From positions 1,749,276 through 1,813,275 of the forward strand of contig NC_057748.1 of NCBI RefSeq assembly GCF_004010195.1: a stretch of DNA of 64,000 bases, given 5' to 3'. The notes under the pieces are model-generated. The model saw only the letters and a list, made by a program, of their open reading frames with translations, was not told the DNA's origin and made no database searches. This document shows, piece after piece, positions 48,238 through 61,890 of the stretch (positions are counted from its first letter, which is position 1; every line of letters begins with the position of its first letter). Both the position numbers and the translations under genes were made by a program. The stretch is from Chiloscyllium plagiosum. Its lineage: Eukaryota.

Positions 48238-49644
48238 CATTCCATTCACTTTTTTCTTTCTTTTCTCATTGTTCTTCTCCCTTTTATTAAGTTTTCTTTG
48301 TAGTGTTCTTTTAAAAAAGACTTAAATTGGAATGGTGGTGACATTAGTGGAGCTCCTGAGAAACGGATCAGAGTGGGCTGGAGGCCCGGAGCAGAGTGGG
48401 AATGGCCAGCGGGCTGGAAGACCAGAGTAGTGGGGAGACGGTTGTTGGACTGGTAATCGTGGTCAGCAGCTTGTGAGCCTGGTCAGACCACGTGCAGAAG
48501 CTCTCTGTGCTGATCTATTGCAGACATTTATACAAAGACTGTAATGCTTATCTTTTTAACTTTATTCTCATTTTTTCTAACTTATACAATGAACAACTGT
48601 AAGTAATGTAACTTTTTTTTTCTTTTTCCCTTTATTTTTATATTTTATATCTAAGCTCTGTCCCGAGGTACTGTGTGCCTAAGGTGGCACCATGTGGGGC
48701 AGACATTGTAAACTTTTCACTGTGCTCCTGTACTTCTGTATTTGAGTACACATGACATTAAATCTAATTCTAAGATCTTCCCCAGTGCCCTGAGGATAAT
48801 ATTTATCCTTCAACTAAAACAGACTGCTATTTGTATGATCTTGCTGAGTACCTTCAAAAAACACTTGATGACCTTAAAGCACTTTGTGATGTAATGAGGT
48901 TGGGACAGGAGCTATGGAAATGCACATTTTCCTGTTTCCCAATCTAGAGATCAACTTACTAGTTTCTAATCAGGTAGAACACATTTCTGTCTGCACTTTT
49001 CTCGTTCTTGTTTTCAATCTTCAGAGAGGAAGCTGACTTTCTGCGCACTCGGCTCAATCAGTGAGATACTGCAGTAATGATAGGTAAATAGTACCAAGGC
49101 AAATTATACAGTTCTTGGATGCTGACAGACCCTATAATCAAGTTTATTGCTAAAAATCTATAATTATCTTTCTGTCTTGCAGAGAACAAACACAGCTTTT
49201 TAAACCATTTTCTAATCCTTACTTCCTCTGGATTACAGTTCTTTCTTTAGATCTCCAGGTCACACATCTTTCACTGCTTGAAATGATGGGGAAAGGAGTT
49301 ATTCTCTAGAGCCTTCATTGAGTGGTTGCTGAGTTGCTACCCTTTCTCTCTCTCTCTCTCTCTCTCTTACGTGGTCTTTTCTGTGAAACTCTCACACACC
49401 TCAGCTGGATAATCATGAGACCCCTCAGACGAGTTGTTGCAATTGTGTGAACCTTGGCAATGGACTATTGAAATTATAAAATAAACTGCTTTAAAAGTCA
49501 GTTTAAACCTGATCTCCGTGGCAGGCATTGTAAACATCTGTTTGAACCCCCAATAATTAAAGTTCAGATTGTAGACTATCTGGAACCAAGGGTATATACT
49601 GATGCAGCTCTTGTTAGCAACAAGATGTTGATTGGTCTGTAGAC

Positions 49645-50320
49645 TAGTGACAGAGTCTAGATTAGAGTGGTGCTGGAAAAGCACAGCAGGTCAGGCAGCA
49701 TCCGAGGAGCAGCTAGAGGAGGGAGAAAGTTGCATAGAGTACAGTAGGTGAGTGGGGGGGGGGATGAAGGGGATAGGTCGGGGGCGGGTGGAGTGGATAG
49801 GTGGAAAAGAAGTTAGGCAGGTAGGACAAGTCATGGGGACATTGCTGAGCTGGAAGGTTAGATCTGGGGTGAGGTGGGGGAAGGGGAAATGAGGAAACTG
49901 GTGAAATCCACACTGATGCCATGGGGTTGAAGTGGTCCGAGGCGGAAGATGAGGCGTTCTTCCTCCAGGTGTGGGGTGGTGAGGGAGCGGCGGTGGAGGA
50001 GGCCCAGGACCTGCATGTCCTCGGCAGAGTGGAAGGGGGAGTTGGAATGTTGGGCCACAGGGCGGTGGGGTTGATTGGTGTGGGTGTCCCGGAAATGTTC
50101 CCTAAAGCGCTCTGCTAGGAGGCGTCCAGTCTCCCCAATGTAGAGGAGACCGCATCAGGAGCAACGGATACAATAAATGATATTGGTGGATGTGCAGGTA
50201 AAACTTTGATGGATGTGGAAGTCTCCTTTGGGGCCTTGGATGGAGGTGAGGGAGGAGGTGTGGGCGCAGGTTTTGCAATTCCTGCAGTGGCAGGGGAGGG
50301 TGCCAGGACGGGAGGGTGGG
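49645..50320 (-). mobile_element. Penelope-like retroelement 3' fragment (GIY-YIG endonuclease) with inverted terminal repeat
   Basis: Minus-strand peptide PGTLPCHCRNCKTC...FTCTSTNIIYCIRCS*CGLLYIGETGRLLAERFREH is a GIY-YIG domain with an in-frame stop. Downstream peptide EEERLIFRLGPLQPHGISVDF. A terminal repeat lies at 49655-49712. Confidence 0.88.
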
Positions 50321-51682
50321 TTGTTGCCCACACCTCCCTCATTGGGACTTTGGTGACAATTTCTGGAACAGTGGAGCCTGAATTCCACACACTATTTCCA
50401 GCTACATCCTGGCTCTAATTAGCTCCAATACTGAAATGATTACCTATTTCTGGACTTGTCACCAAACACGGGAAATAACTTTTTGCCTCCGTCTAGTCTT
50501 TTTATAATTTTAGATACTTCAATTAGATTGCTGTTCACTCTTCTAAACTCAGTGGAATTGAACCTAAACTTAGTTCACATGCCCTTGTAATTTTTTTGTT
50601 TTAGTCTTCCTTGAGAAATGGGTGTAGCTGACAAAATAGGCATTTGTACCCTATCCCTAACTGCCCCTTGCTTGGCATGCTAGGGCCAATTTAGAGGGCA
50701 GTTAAGATTCAACCATATCACAGTGGGTTTGGAGTCACATGTGGATCAGACCAGGTAAGGATGGCAGATTTCCTTCCCTAAAGGGCATTAGTGACCCAGA
50801 AATGTACTAAGTGTTTAATTGAACCCTTTCAGCCCCAGTTTTCCTGCACTCTTCTTCAAAGTGTGATTTTTATTTGAGTGAAGCGATTAGTTTGCAATTG
50901 AAATAGATTCTTTGTCGTGCAGTTTTGGCCCACAGCCTCCTTTACAAGTGAAACCTCACATCAGTGTTGAGCACCACAGGAAGCAGCTTAGCTGCACTCA
51001 GAACTTTGAATGCAAAAAGAAACCTGCCATCAAAAAATAAGCAGATTTCTGAGCAACGGATTCTGACAGTCGGACTGGAATTCCACACGTTGACAAGGGG
51101 AGAGTCCCCATTTTGACCCAGTACAGGCCAGTCCTGTGTGCGTCCTGCTTTGAAAATTGCATTACTGTGTGAGTGTCTGCAGGGAGTGGAGCTGTGTGAG
51201 AATCCCTTTGGCTAACCCTCTGCTTTAAGCATTTTAGATTGTGGTTTTCCTGGAGTGCAAGAAGAAATTGGCTTCAACTTTAACTATCATCTGACGAATT
51301 GCAGTCAAGAGGGGTGTTGGGCTGTGCTAGACACTTCTCCGTCTGCCTGCTAACTTATTGAGTGAGCATTTACAAATGCAAAAGGAAAACCTGTTTGAGA
51401 CCTTCCATCAACCAAAGATTGAACGCTGTTGAGAAAAGGTAATTTGTGTCTTGTCTCTGCACGTCTTCTGCGCCTCTACCCCAGCTCCCTCCCACCCTCT
51501 CTCCTCCCCCAGCTCGACCACTTCCCTACCAACGCCTCCCCCCCCCCCCCCCCCCCCCCCCCACCCCCTGCACGCATTCAGATGCCACTCCCGGAGCTGC
51601 TCAGTCACAGGAGATTCCTTCCCGTTTTCTCATTTGAAGGTTTTCCGGTCAATCTCTGACCAGTGGGACTCCCATTCAGGGA

Positions 51683-51760
51683 ATGGAGGCTGTGGCCAAG
51701 TACGAGTTCAACGGAGCTGGAGAGGATGAGCTGAGTTTCAAGAAAGACGACATCCTGAAG
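51683..51760 (+). CDS. GRAP2: GRB2-related adaptor 2 (GADS), first coding exon (N-terminal SH3: MEAVAKYEFNGAGEDELSFKKDDILK)
   Basis: 78-nt exon ending AAG|gtaact, as in the GRB2 family. MEAVAK..GEDELSF fits GRAP2 best, and the 22q13.1 neighbours support this. A possible acceptor is at 51638-51639. The next exon was not found in the window. Confidence 0.8.
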
Positions 51761-52743
51761 GTAACTTTTGTCTTTGTTGGTGGAAGTAACTTTTCTGACA
51801 TCCTGCCCGTGGTCACAGAGCTGGCGAGAAAATCAAGCTTCTCAAACCGGCCGCCTGGCCGCAGGGCAAATCCTGAGGAGAACCTAGAATTGGGGTTTTC
51901 TGTAAACTCGATCATTCATCAAAATGAAAAAGCGAGCGAGTCTCTGAGTTGGGGATCTTTGATCTGACAGAAACAATGCCACCAACATTGCTCATTTGTG
52001 GCAATGTATTCCCCCCACCCCCCCATCTCCTCCCGCTGTTTCCATTGAAAGGGGTACGATTTGAGGATCTGTGAAAGCCCCCATCCCAGGGTTAGAGAGG
52101 GCACCATTTTAACACATGGAGCTGGGGTGTTGTGGGGATTTGGTGGTGAAAACTCATCTCCTTTCTCACTGCTGTGCACTGACAACCCAACAATGTGGAT
52201 CTCGAGACCAGAGAGAGAGAGGGGTTGCTGGGTGGGAAGGTTGACTGATGCACAGCTTGATTCAAAATCTCTGGTGACACTCCCTGAGAACAAATGGGTA
52301 GTTTGGAAAGGCTCCTAGGGCACATGGTGCAGAGTTCTGAGGCTCCAAAGATGTACAGATTGGGTGGATTAGCCACGGTAGTTGCAGGGCTATGGGGATA
52401 GGGTGGGGGGCTAGGCTTGGGTGGGTTGCTGTTTGGAGAGTTGGTGCAAACTTGATGGGCCAAATGGCCTCTTTCCATTCTGTACGGATTCTATGATTCA
52501 AGAAGCACAAGTATTTCCAAAATAGTCATTTTGTTGACTTGTTCAGCTGCCTCTTTGTGTTAATTGCCAGTTAAAATGATCATCCTATTCCAAAGAAGCA
52601 GAAATGAAAATCTATAAGTTGTAGATAACTCAAAGGAATCTTAGCAAAATAATGATCCTACTGCCTGATGCCACAGGCACATGCTAAAACTAGCCACAAG
52701 GTGACTATTGATATCCCGTCAGGGAAGCACCGGGAATGTCTCG

Positions 52744-52780
<37 letters not shown>

Positions 52781-53229
52781 CACGGCTCCCAGCTTGTGCT
52801 GCTCCCCTCACAGGCATACTCAATCCCCAAAAAAACATTCAAAATCAACTTTCTCTCATACACACACAAGTCCTTAACTCATAAATGGCATGTTACCTTT
52901 CCTTTCATTTAATCGTATTAATTACAAATGAAACTTTGCTGACTGAATGTTTAACCTTGCCTCAGTTTCACTAAAGGCGATGTTCTTGAAAATAACGATT
53001 CTCAGTTCAAGAGGACTGTTCCCCTTTTTTATTCTTTCTCCCTCCATGTTTTTTCTCATCTCCCTTCCCCAGCTACACCTTTTCCAGTTTCGTACACCCC
53101 GCCCTTCCTGCAGTCCTCTCTGGTTCTTTTCCCGGATGAGGACAAGTAGAGAGAGCTGTTAATGAGGCACACAAGTAGGCTTCATTAATAGGGACATTGA
53201 GCAGGGAGGCTGCGCTGAACTTATAAAGG

Positions 53230-53670
53230 GTTAGATCTGCAGTGTTATGTTCAGTTCAGGGTGCCATACTATAGGAAGGATGTAAATACATAGGAGAGAG
53301 TGCAGAGGGGGTTAATGAGAATGGTTCCAGAGTGGGTGAGTCTGGACTGGGTGAATGGGAAGAATCTGTTCCCATTTGTGGATGGCTCGAGGCCAGACAG
53401 CAGCACTTTAAACTGATTTGCGAAGGAAGCAGGCACAAGGTGAGAAGGACCTTTCTCACGCAGCGAGTGGCTGGGTTCGAAATGTGTTGCCTCTGAGTGT
53501 GGCAGGTTCAGTTGAGGCATTCAAGAAGACACAGGGTGATTATTTGAACTGAAACAGTGTGCTGGGTTACAGGGCAAAGGCAGGAGATTGACTCTGAGTT
53601 AAAATACTCAGAGAGAGAGACAATGCAGACATGTTGGGCTGAATGGCCTGCTGCTGCTGCACTGTAACAT
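53230..53670 (+). mobile_element. Degenerate CR1 LINE 3' fragment
   Basis: 'gttcagttcagggtgccatactataggaaggatgt...gagagagtgcagagg' and the tail 'tgttgggctgaatggcctg'. Confidence 0.65.
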
Positions 53671-55985
53671 TTCTGTGCGATCTTACCCAGTGCTATAAAT
53701 GAAAACAAGAACTGCAGACGCTGGAGACCTGAAGCGAATAAAAAGCAGAAAGTGCTGGAGAAACCCAGCTAGTCAGGCAGCATCTGCTAAGTTTCTCCAG
53801 CAGTTCCTGATTTTGACTGTCTTATCCTTTGCTGCTCCATATTGCAACCCCAGCGCAGGGAGAGCCTGCCTGACTCGGGAGGCCAGGCTCAGTCCTGTAT
53901 GGGTAGTGACAGGGCTTCCAGCATCATTGTCTGGTGGTGATTAGGGGCAGAAAGAGGAATCAAGCAGAAGAATCCCCCAAAGAGGAATTGGAGCTGGGAC
54001 CACCATTGCTCCATATAATTCAACTAGATCACCACCTCCCACAGACTCTGGCGGCCTTGGACAGTGTTGCTGCGTGCCTTGCAGTGTTTACTGGAGTTTG
54101 CTGAGCTCGGTTGTTTCGACAGCTTCGCTGTGGTTCAGAACAACACCACCAGCCCTGAACTGACATGTTAATGGAGGCCTGACACTTTCCCTTGCCCTAC
54201 GTTTGCAGATGGGGCCCCTTCAAACTATGAACAATCGTCTCTCTCTGACAGAGAATGCTGTCTCTCTAATGGAGAAAGAAACCTGTGAGTGTTTTTGTAG
54301 ACAATGGATAATTTCCTAAAGGAATGTGCCCCCCTTGCAGGTACTTTAGGGCCCTCCAAATCCCTTTTTCGGCATTCCTGCATTTGGGATCAAGACCGTT
54401 TGACGAGGGTAATTTCAGTGATGAACAATTTCATGCATCCCTCTTGAACACGTCCCACGTATTGAGCACAATTGGTGCTGGGACTTGTGTCAAAGTTTGG
54501 AAAGCAGCAAGATTGCAGTTTACAACATGTGTTATTTCTCCTCATTCCAAATTAGAGGAGCCAAAGCATTCTGCTGAGGAAGTGTGATTTAACAACGTGC
54601 CTTTAAGTAGCACCCTTAATTTCGAAGAACATGCCAAGGCATTCCACCAGAGTATCATCAGGTGAGACTTTGACAACAAGCCACATAAGAAACAGTAGGA
54701 TACATGATTATTCGATCAGATTGAGAGACACTGCAGTTTAGGGAAAGGATTCCAGTCCTTAGAGCCCTAGTTTGCTGATGGCACAGATGCCAATGTTGGA
54801 GGAATTAAAGTCAAGGACGTGAATCTGGAATGCAAGGTTCTCAGAAGGTTGAGGGATTGGAGATTATAGAGGTTCGACAGGTGAGACCATCGAGGGACTT
54901 GAAAAGAAGGATGTGGATTTTAAAGTCAAGGCATTAACAGATTGGGAACTGATGTAGATCAGAGAGCGCAAGGGTGATGGGTCATCCAGCCTGAGTTCGG
55001 ACACAGGAAGGCGAGTTTTGAATGAACTGAAGATTATAGAGCGTGGGAGATGAGAGGTCAGCTAGAGGGCAGTTGGAATGGGCAAGTTTGGAAGTGACGA
55101 CAATGTTAGCAAGAGCTTAAACAAGAGACCCGTTGCTAGCCTCAAAACCAGCTGGGAAGCCGGGGTAAGGAGATATCGACAAGATACGTTCGGCAGCAGG
55201 AGAAGCTGTCGGCTAAAGTTCAGAGCCACAGAGTACAGAGTCAGTCAGTCAGTTTCTCTTCACTACATGAGAGCAGAGCACCCCAGTGTTCCTCGAAAAG
55301 TTTATTGGAAAAGTGAAGAGTTCCAATTAGTATCATTTTTAAAAAATGACAAGTAATCAAGAACACTTCATACACCTCCAAAATAGTATGTTATAAATGG
55401 TACATTTTACTTAATGAAAACTGCATTATTCACTTAAGGATTAAAGCTTATTAAGGACACGGGACGGATCTTAATAGGTGAAGTCTGAAGAAATGCAGAA
55501 TGTTTTAACTAAGTCTTTGAATTTCCGACACAGATAAGAAAGGAATAAGTTGACCGAGGATTTAAAACCAGCATCTGGCACCTGATTTAAGATGTTGAAC
55601 AGAATGCCAATAGCCACACGATAGGCCCAATGGAAGTGTCTCTCACTCATTAACATCTTTCTCCTTTCAGTTAGTGAAGTTCTGCTTTGTCACTTAAGAG
55701 TAAATGTAACCAGTAAATGTCAGTGATACACACAGTGATCAGCCATGCGGTGAAGGGTCTCGGCTAGATGCTGAGCTAGTATGTACTGAGAGTTCGGGGC
55801 TACCCCTCAACAACTGTCCTTCTTCCATCAGCAGTCGTGCAGTGGATAGAGTATTGTTCTCTGAATCAGTAGGTTATGGGTTCCCACTTCAGTGACTTGT
55901 GCATAAAAATCTAGACCGACACACTTGTACAGGACTGAGAGCAAGCTGTACTGTCATAGGTACTGTCTGTCAGATGATACCCTGC

Positions 55986-57370
55986 TTTTTTTTTATTCAC
56001 TTCAGGGGCATGGGCATCTCTGGCTGGACCAGCATTTACTGTCCATCACCAGTTGCCCTTGAGAGGGTGGGGGTGAGCTACCTTCTTGAACCGCTGCAGT
56101 CCATGTGCTGTGGATTGAGCCTCAATGCCCTTAGGGAAGGAATACCAGGATTTTGACCCAGCGACAGTGAAGGAACAGCGATATATTTCCAGGTCAGGAT
56201 GGTGAGTGGCTTGGAGAGGAACTCGCAGGGAGGTGGTGTTCCCATGTATCTGCTGCCCTGCAATGCATAACTCACCTCCTGATTCCCCAAAGCCTGTCCA
56301 CCATCTACAAGGCACAGGTCAGGAATATGATGGAATACTCCCCAATTGCCCTGGATGGGAGCAGCTCCATTCACACTCAAGAATCTTAACACCATCCAAG
56401 ACAAAGCAGCCCGCTTGATTGGCATACATCCACAAATATCCACTCGCTCCACCACCGACCCTCAGTAGCAGCAGTGAGTACTATCTATAAGATGCATTGC
56501 AGAAGATCACTAAAGATCCATAGACAGCACCTTCCAAACCCATGACTGCTTCCCTTTAGAAGGACAAGAGCAGCAGATACAGGAACACCACCCCCTGAAA
56601 GTTCCCCTCCAAGCCACACACCATCTAGACTTGGACGTATATCGCCATTTCTTCAGTGTCGCTGTGTCAAATTCCTCAAACTTTCTCCGGAACAGCATTG
56701 TAAGTCTACCCACAGCACATGGACTGCAGCTGTTGAAGAAGGCAGCTCACTCCCACCTTCTCAAGGGCAACTCGGAACAGGCAGTAAATGTTAGCCAAGC
56801 CAACAATGCCCATGTCACACTGGTGATTAAAACAACTTTTATTTTAAATTGATGGAAGTGGTCATGGGTTTGTAAGGTGCTGTCTAAGGAGGCTTGGTGA
56901 ATTTCTGCAGTGCACCTTGTACACACTGCTGCTACTGAGTGTCAGTGGTAGAGGGAGTGGATGTTTTTGGATGTGGTGCAAATCAAGCGGGCTGCTTTGT
57001 CCTGGATGGTGTGAAACGTCTTGAGTATTTTTGGAGCTGCACCCATCCAGGCAAGTGGGGAGTATTCCATCCTCACTAACGTCTTGTAGCTGGTGGATAG
57101 ACTTTGGGAAGTCAGGAGGTGAGTTACTCGCTGCAGGATTCCCAGCCTCTAACCTGCTCTTGTAGTCACTGTATTTATATGGCTAGTCCAGTTTCATTTC
57201 TGGTCAATAGTAACCCCCAGGCTATTGATCGTGGGAGATTCAGTAATGAATTGAATGTCAAGGGGCGGTGGTTAGATCGTCCCTTATTGTGGATGGTCAT
57301 TGCCTGTCATTTGTGTGGCATGAATGTTGGTTGCTACTTGTCGGCCTAAGCCTGGATATTGTCCAGGTCT
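55986..57370. mobile_element. Cluster of three LINE 3' fragments in alternating orientation (-,+,-)
   Basis: The plus copy encodes IYKAQVRNMMEYSP and, after a frameshift, LNTIQDKAARLI (RT C-terminus). The flanking copies are reverse complements of parts of it. Confidence 0.75.
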
Positions 57371-58619
57371 AGCAGAAAGACAGACACTTGCAGAGAAATT
57401 CAGCATATCTGGCAACATCTGTGGAGAGAAAACAGAGTTAATGTTTCAGGTTCAGTGACTCTGTTTCAGATCATGTGCGATACCTCAGGTAGTGAAGCAG
57501 TCCATATCTTGTTAGAACTGGCCCATTGCCAGCTGAAACAGAGATAAAGACATTTCAAAAGTGAATGGCAATCAATGCCAGAGCAAGGGGTATTGTCACA
57601 AACTTGCCCTCATTGTCACTGTACAGATCTTGTTGCATTTAAACATGAACTGCTTCGTTATCTGAGGAGTCACGAGTGGTGTTGAACATTGTGCAATCAT
57701 TGGCAGACATCCCCCCGTCTGACCTTATGATGGAGGGAAGGTCGTTGATGAAGTGGCTGAAGATGGTTGGGCCTCGGACAGTACCCTGATGGAACTCTTG
57801 CAGAGATGTCCTGGAGCTACGATGACTAACCTCCAACAACGATCCTGTTTTGTGCTAGTTATAACTCTTACCCGCTTGCCCTCTTGTTACTGTGAGAATT
57901 TTCTTCCTAGCTTGCAATCTGCAGCACATTTTGCTGAAAAAGTCACTGTGACTTACATGCTCTGAAAGATTCTCAGTGTCTGAGAGCGGAGAGTGGGAAA
58001 CGTTGTGGTTAAGTCAAACCAGCCTGGCAGAAACTTGAGACTGAACAAATCAACTTTTTTATTGTTTCATTAGGACTTTCCAAAATAAACGTCCTTTGAG
58101 CGATGGTGATGTAGTGACAATATCACTGGTTGAGTAAGCCTGGCTAATATTCTGGAGACATGCTTTCAAATCCAACCACAGCAGCAATTTGAACTCAGTA
58201 AAAATCTGGAATTAAAAGCCAGTGTAATGGTGGCTGGAGTTGTGATTAAAAACCCATCTGGTTCATTGATGCCCGTAAGGCATTTCAATCTTGTCTACCT
58301 GAGACTCCAGGCTCACAGTGTTGTAGCTGCTTCGGTTACAGTCAGATCAGGAAAGGTCAGGGAACATGATGAATGCTGGCCTTGTCAGTGATACCCATGA
58401 CCAATGAAAGAAGCATGTTTCAAATTTCTCCAGTAACAGGTTTTAAATGATTGTTGTATGATTTTCGTGACACTCTGTCACAAAACAAGTGATGGAAAAC
58501 AAGTGAAACTGCTTCAGTGATGTTGATTAGGCTAGAAAATTGGCCCCAGGAGAGGCAAATGGGGAGAATTCCCAGTTCCTCATTGAACAGTGTTATGGCA
58601 TTTTCTGATACGTGCTCCA

Positions 58620-59147
58620 TCAACATTGACCCTCCGACAGTGCGGCTCTCCCTCAGTACTGACTCTGACAGTGCGGCACTTCCTCAGCACTGACCCTCTG
58701 ACAGTGCGGCACTCCCCCAGCATTGACCCTCCGACAGTGCGGCACTCCCTCAGCACTTACCTCCGACAGTGCGGCTCTCCCTCAGTACTGACTCTGACAG
58801 TGCGGCACTTACTCAGCACTGACCCTCTGACAGTGCGGCACACCCCTAGCACTGACCCTCTGACAGTGCGGCACTCCCCCAGCATTGACCCTCCGACAGT
58901 GCGGCACTCCCTCAGCACTTACCTCCGACAGTGCGGCACTCCGTCAGTACTGACTCTGACAGTGTGGCACTTCCTCAGTACTGACCCTTCGACAGTGTGG
59001 CACTCCCTCAGTACTGACTCTGACAGTGCGGCACTCCCTCAGTACTGACCCTTCGATAGTGTGGCACTCCCTCAGTACTGACTCTGACAGTGCGGCACTC
59101 CCTCAGTACTGACCCTCTGACAGTGCGGCCCTCCCTCAGTACTGCAC
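58620..59147. repeat. 31-33-bp minisatellite of the same family as 1-183 and 3733-5237, embedded in a Deu-SINE-like remnant
   Basis: About 16 units of ...ACAGTGCGGCACTCCCTCAG(C/T)ACTGAC..., ending in 'cagtactgcactgagagtgtc'. Confidence 0.85.
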
Positions 59148-60664
59148 TGAGAGTGTCTTGTTGGATTTTTGACCCAAGTTGTGCTGGAGTGGGGCTTGTA
59201 ACCAGGACTTTCTAATTCGGAGAGTGCTGTCTAATCTGCAGCAACGTCTGAGGATATCAACTGAAAATAAGCAAACTAAACAGTTATAAATTGCATTCTT
59301 TAGAAAGGCAGAGATTTCTTCTCATGTCAAGGCAAATACTCATCTCCCAACCAGCACTTTATGGATCGATTTCTGTCATCTCAATATTTGAACCTTCTTC
59401 AGAATCCTCTATCTCGGTGACAGTAAGATGTGCCTTCCCGCACATTCATTTAGTTTCTTTCTGTGTGAGAGATTCAGATATGCATTAAGTTATGACAGGA
59501 CAGCGTCACACTGCATTTTCAGTGTAAGTACCTGACCTTACAGATCGGCTTCTGTTCATTGCTCTTCTGAGTTGTCTCTTTTGGAAAGAGTTCGTTCAGC
59601 TTTCTAGTTTTGAGGTGTTTATCCATTTTCTACGTCAACTCAATATATATTTCTGATTACTCTGTTCCTTTACATTTTTGCATTAAATGTTTGGAATAAC
59701 CCAATTAAGTGAATTTTCATAGTGTCATACAGTACAGAAGAGTCCCATTGGCCCATCAGGTCTGTACTGCCAAACCTATCCTTTGGAAATTCCTTTGTGT
59801 ATTCTTTGTCCAACCATATTCAAGTTACACAACATCAAACAGAGAGGAGTTGCCGTGAAGAAAAGTCTGTAACATTACCCTTTGCCTTGGCATTTGCGCT
59901 TGAAGTGTCTTTATCTCTGTTTCACCAGTGGGTCGGACACTGGGAACTGGGGTTAGAATAGATGGAGGTTTGATGACTGGCACAGATGAGATGGGCCAAA
60001 GAGCCTCCTTCTGTTCTGTAAAAGCTCTATGACATTCAACAGTGACTCTCATTGAAGGATGAGAAGGCTGTTAGCCCCCTTCGAGCCTGCCTGACCATTC
60101 AACTAAATTGTGACTGACTTTTGACCTCAGTTTCACTTTCCCACTATATCCACATATCTCTCGAATCACTTACCATCCAACAATCCATCGATCTCCATAT
60201 CAAACATCTTCAGAGACTGAGCACCCACGGGGCTGTGTGTTAGATCACTTGGAAAGATCCTCAACCATTTCACCTCATCTGAATCCTAAGTAACCAGCCT
60301 ATTATTCTAAGGCTCTGTCTCCTAGATTTAGACACCTAATCCAAGGGAGATACCATCCCAGCATCCATCCTGGCATTTGCCACAATAATTTTGTGTATGT
60401 CAATGGTCACTATATTTCAGGCAATGTACAAACGGAAGCATGAGGAATAACCCCTCAAGCCTGTTACATTATTCAATCAGATCTTGACTGATCTGATCAG
60501 ATCCTCGAATCCATTCTCCCACCATTCCTACCACCTTACAACCCGTTGGGTTTACCACAAATCAAGCCCCTTCTGCCTTAAAGAAGATTTAAAAACTCCA
60601 CCTTTTGAAAAAGAGAGTTCCAAATACACTCAACTCTCTGAAAGAAAAATTTTCTCTGGGTTTC

Positions 60665-61066
60665 ATAGAATCCCTACAGTGCGGAAGCAGGCCACTCAGC
60701 CCATCAAAACCACACCGACCCTCTGGAGAGCATCCCACCCAAGCTCACCGTATTTCCCTGCTGGGATGGAAAGATCCCATGATACTCTTTCAAAGAAGAG
60801 CCTGAAATTTCTCCCTGGTTTTCAAAACAGTACGGGGAATTGTCTTATGAGGAAAAATTGGACAGGCCTGTACCCACTGGGGTTAGGAAGGCTCAACCTG
60901 CATTTCCCATGGCCAGTCCACCTAACTGCACTTCTTTGGAGTGCAGGAGGAAACCAGAGCAAACCCACGCAAACTCCACACAGACAATCGCCCAAGGGTG
61001 AGATTGAATGCGGGTCCCTGGCACTGTGAGGTAGCAGTGTTAACCACTGAGCCACCGTGCCACCCC
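60665..61066 (-). mobile_element. HE1-like SINE (interrupted)
   Basis: The reverse-complement head 'gagccaccgtgccacc' is at 61050-61066 and the tail 'catagaatccctacagtgcggaagcaggcc' is at 60664. Confidence 0.7.
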
Positions 61067-61585
61067 AGCACGCTGTTTTGAATGGGCAACATCTGAATTT
61101 CAAACGGTGACCCCAACTTGTAGATTCTCCCAAAAGATGAAACATCTAAATCTAGAGCCCTTTAGGCTCTCTCTCTTTCAATCAAGTATCCTCTTAACTT
61201 TCTAAACCCCAGCAAATACAAGCCTGCCCAATCTTTCCTCTTAAGACAATTTCCCATTCCACATTTTAGTCTGGTAAATCTTCTTTGGACCGTAACTGCT
61301 CCATTCTACTTAATTTCTCCTCGTGGAACATCCTTTGTCCTCAGAGTCAGTCCAGTGAATCTCTGTTACTCTCCCTAGAAGGTTAGTGTGCCCTATGTCA
61401 GGAAATAAGGAAAATTTGCATTTGTGTAGCACTTTTCAGTAGAATCAGAAGTCTCCAGAGTGCTCAGTCATAGAGTTATAGAGTTCTACAATACAGACAA
61501 AGGCCCTTCAGCCCACCAAGTCTGCTCTGGTAAGAATAATCAGTGAACCATTGTAATCCCATTTTCCAGTTTGGCCATAGTCTTG

Positions 61586-61890
61586 TAAGGTCAGAAGTCA
61601 CATGACTCCAGGTTATAGTCTAACAGGTTTGTTTGAAATCACAAGGTTTCAGAGCGCTGCTCCTTCGGTTGGTGAACTGTCTGCAATAGGAGAGCAAGGG
61701 GTTGCAGTAGAGAATATCAGCGAGAAGCACATCAGAAAAATAACCTGATGTAGTGTGACTTCACTTCACTTCACTTCACACGGTGCTACGAAAGCTTGTG
61801 ATTTTAAATAAATCCTTTGAACTATAACCTGGTGTCATGTGACTTCTGACCTTGTCCACCCCGAATCTAACACCAACACCTCCACATCAT
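61586..61890. mobile_element. Palindromic Penelope-type short repeat carrying a CBX7 exon-1 copy
   Basis: 61622-61762 is identical to 7472-7612. The exon copy is at 61677-61738. Confidence 0.75.

Noticed and set aside
51408-51729. Proline/glycine-rich ORFs upstream of GRAP2
   Set aside because: They are caused by a poly-C run (51538-51562).
51683-51967. Reading the 94-aa ORF as a complete protein, or calling it GRB2
   Set aside because: Homology stops at the AAG|GT donor (51760). The residues and synteny favour GRAP2 over GRB2 or GRAP.
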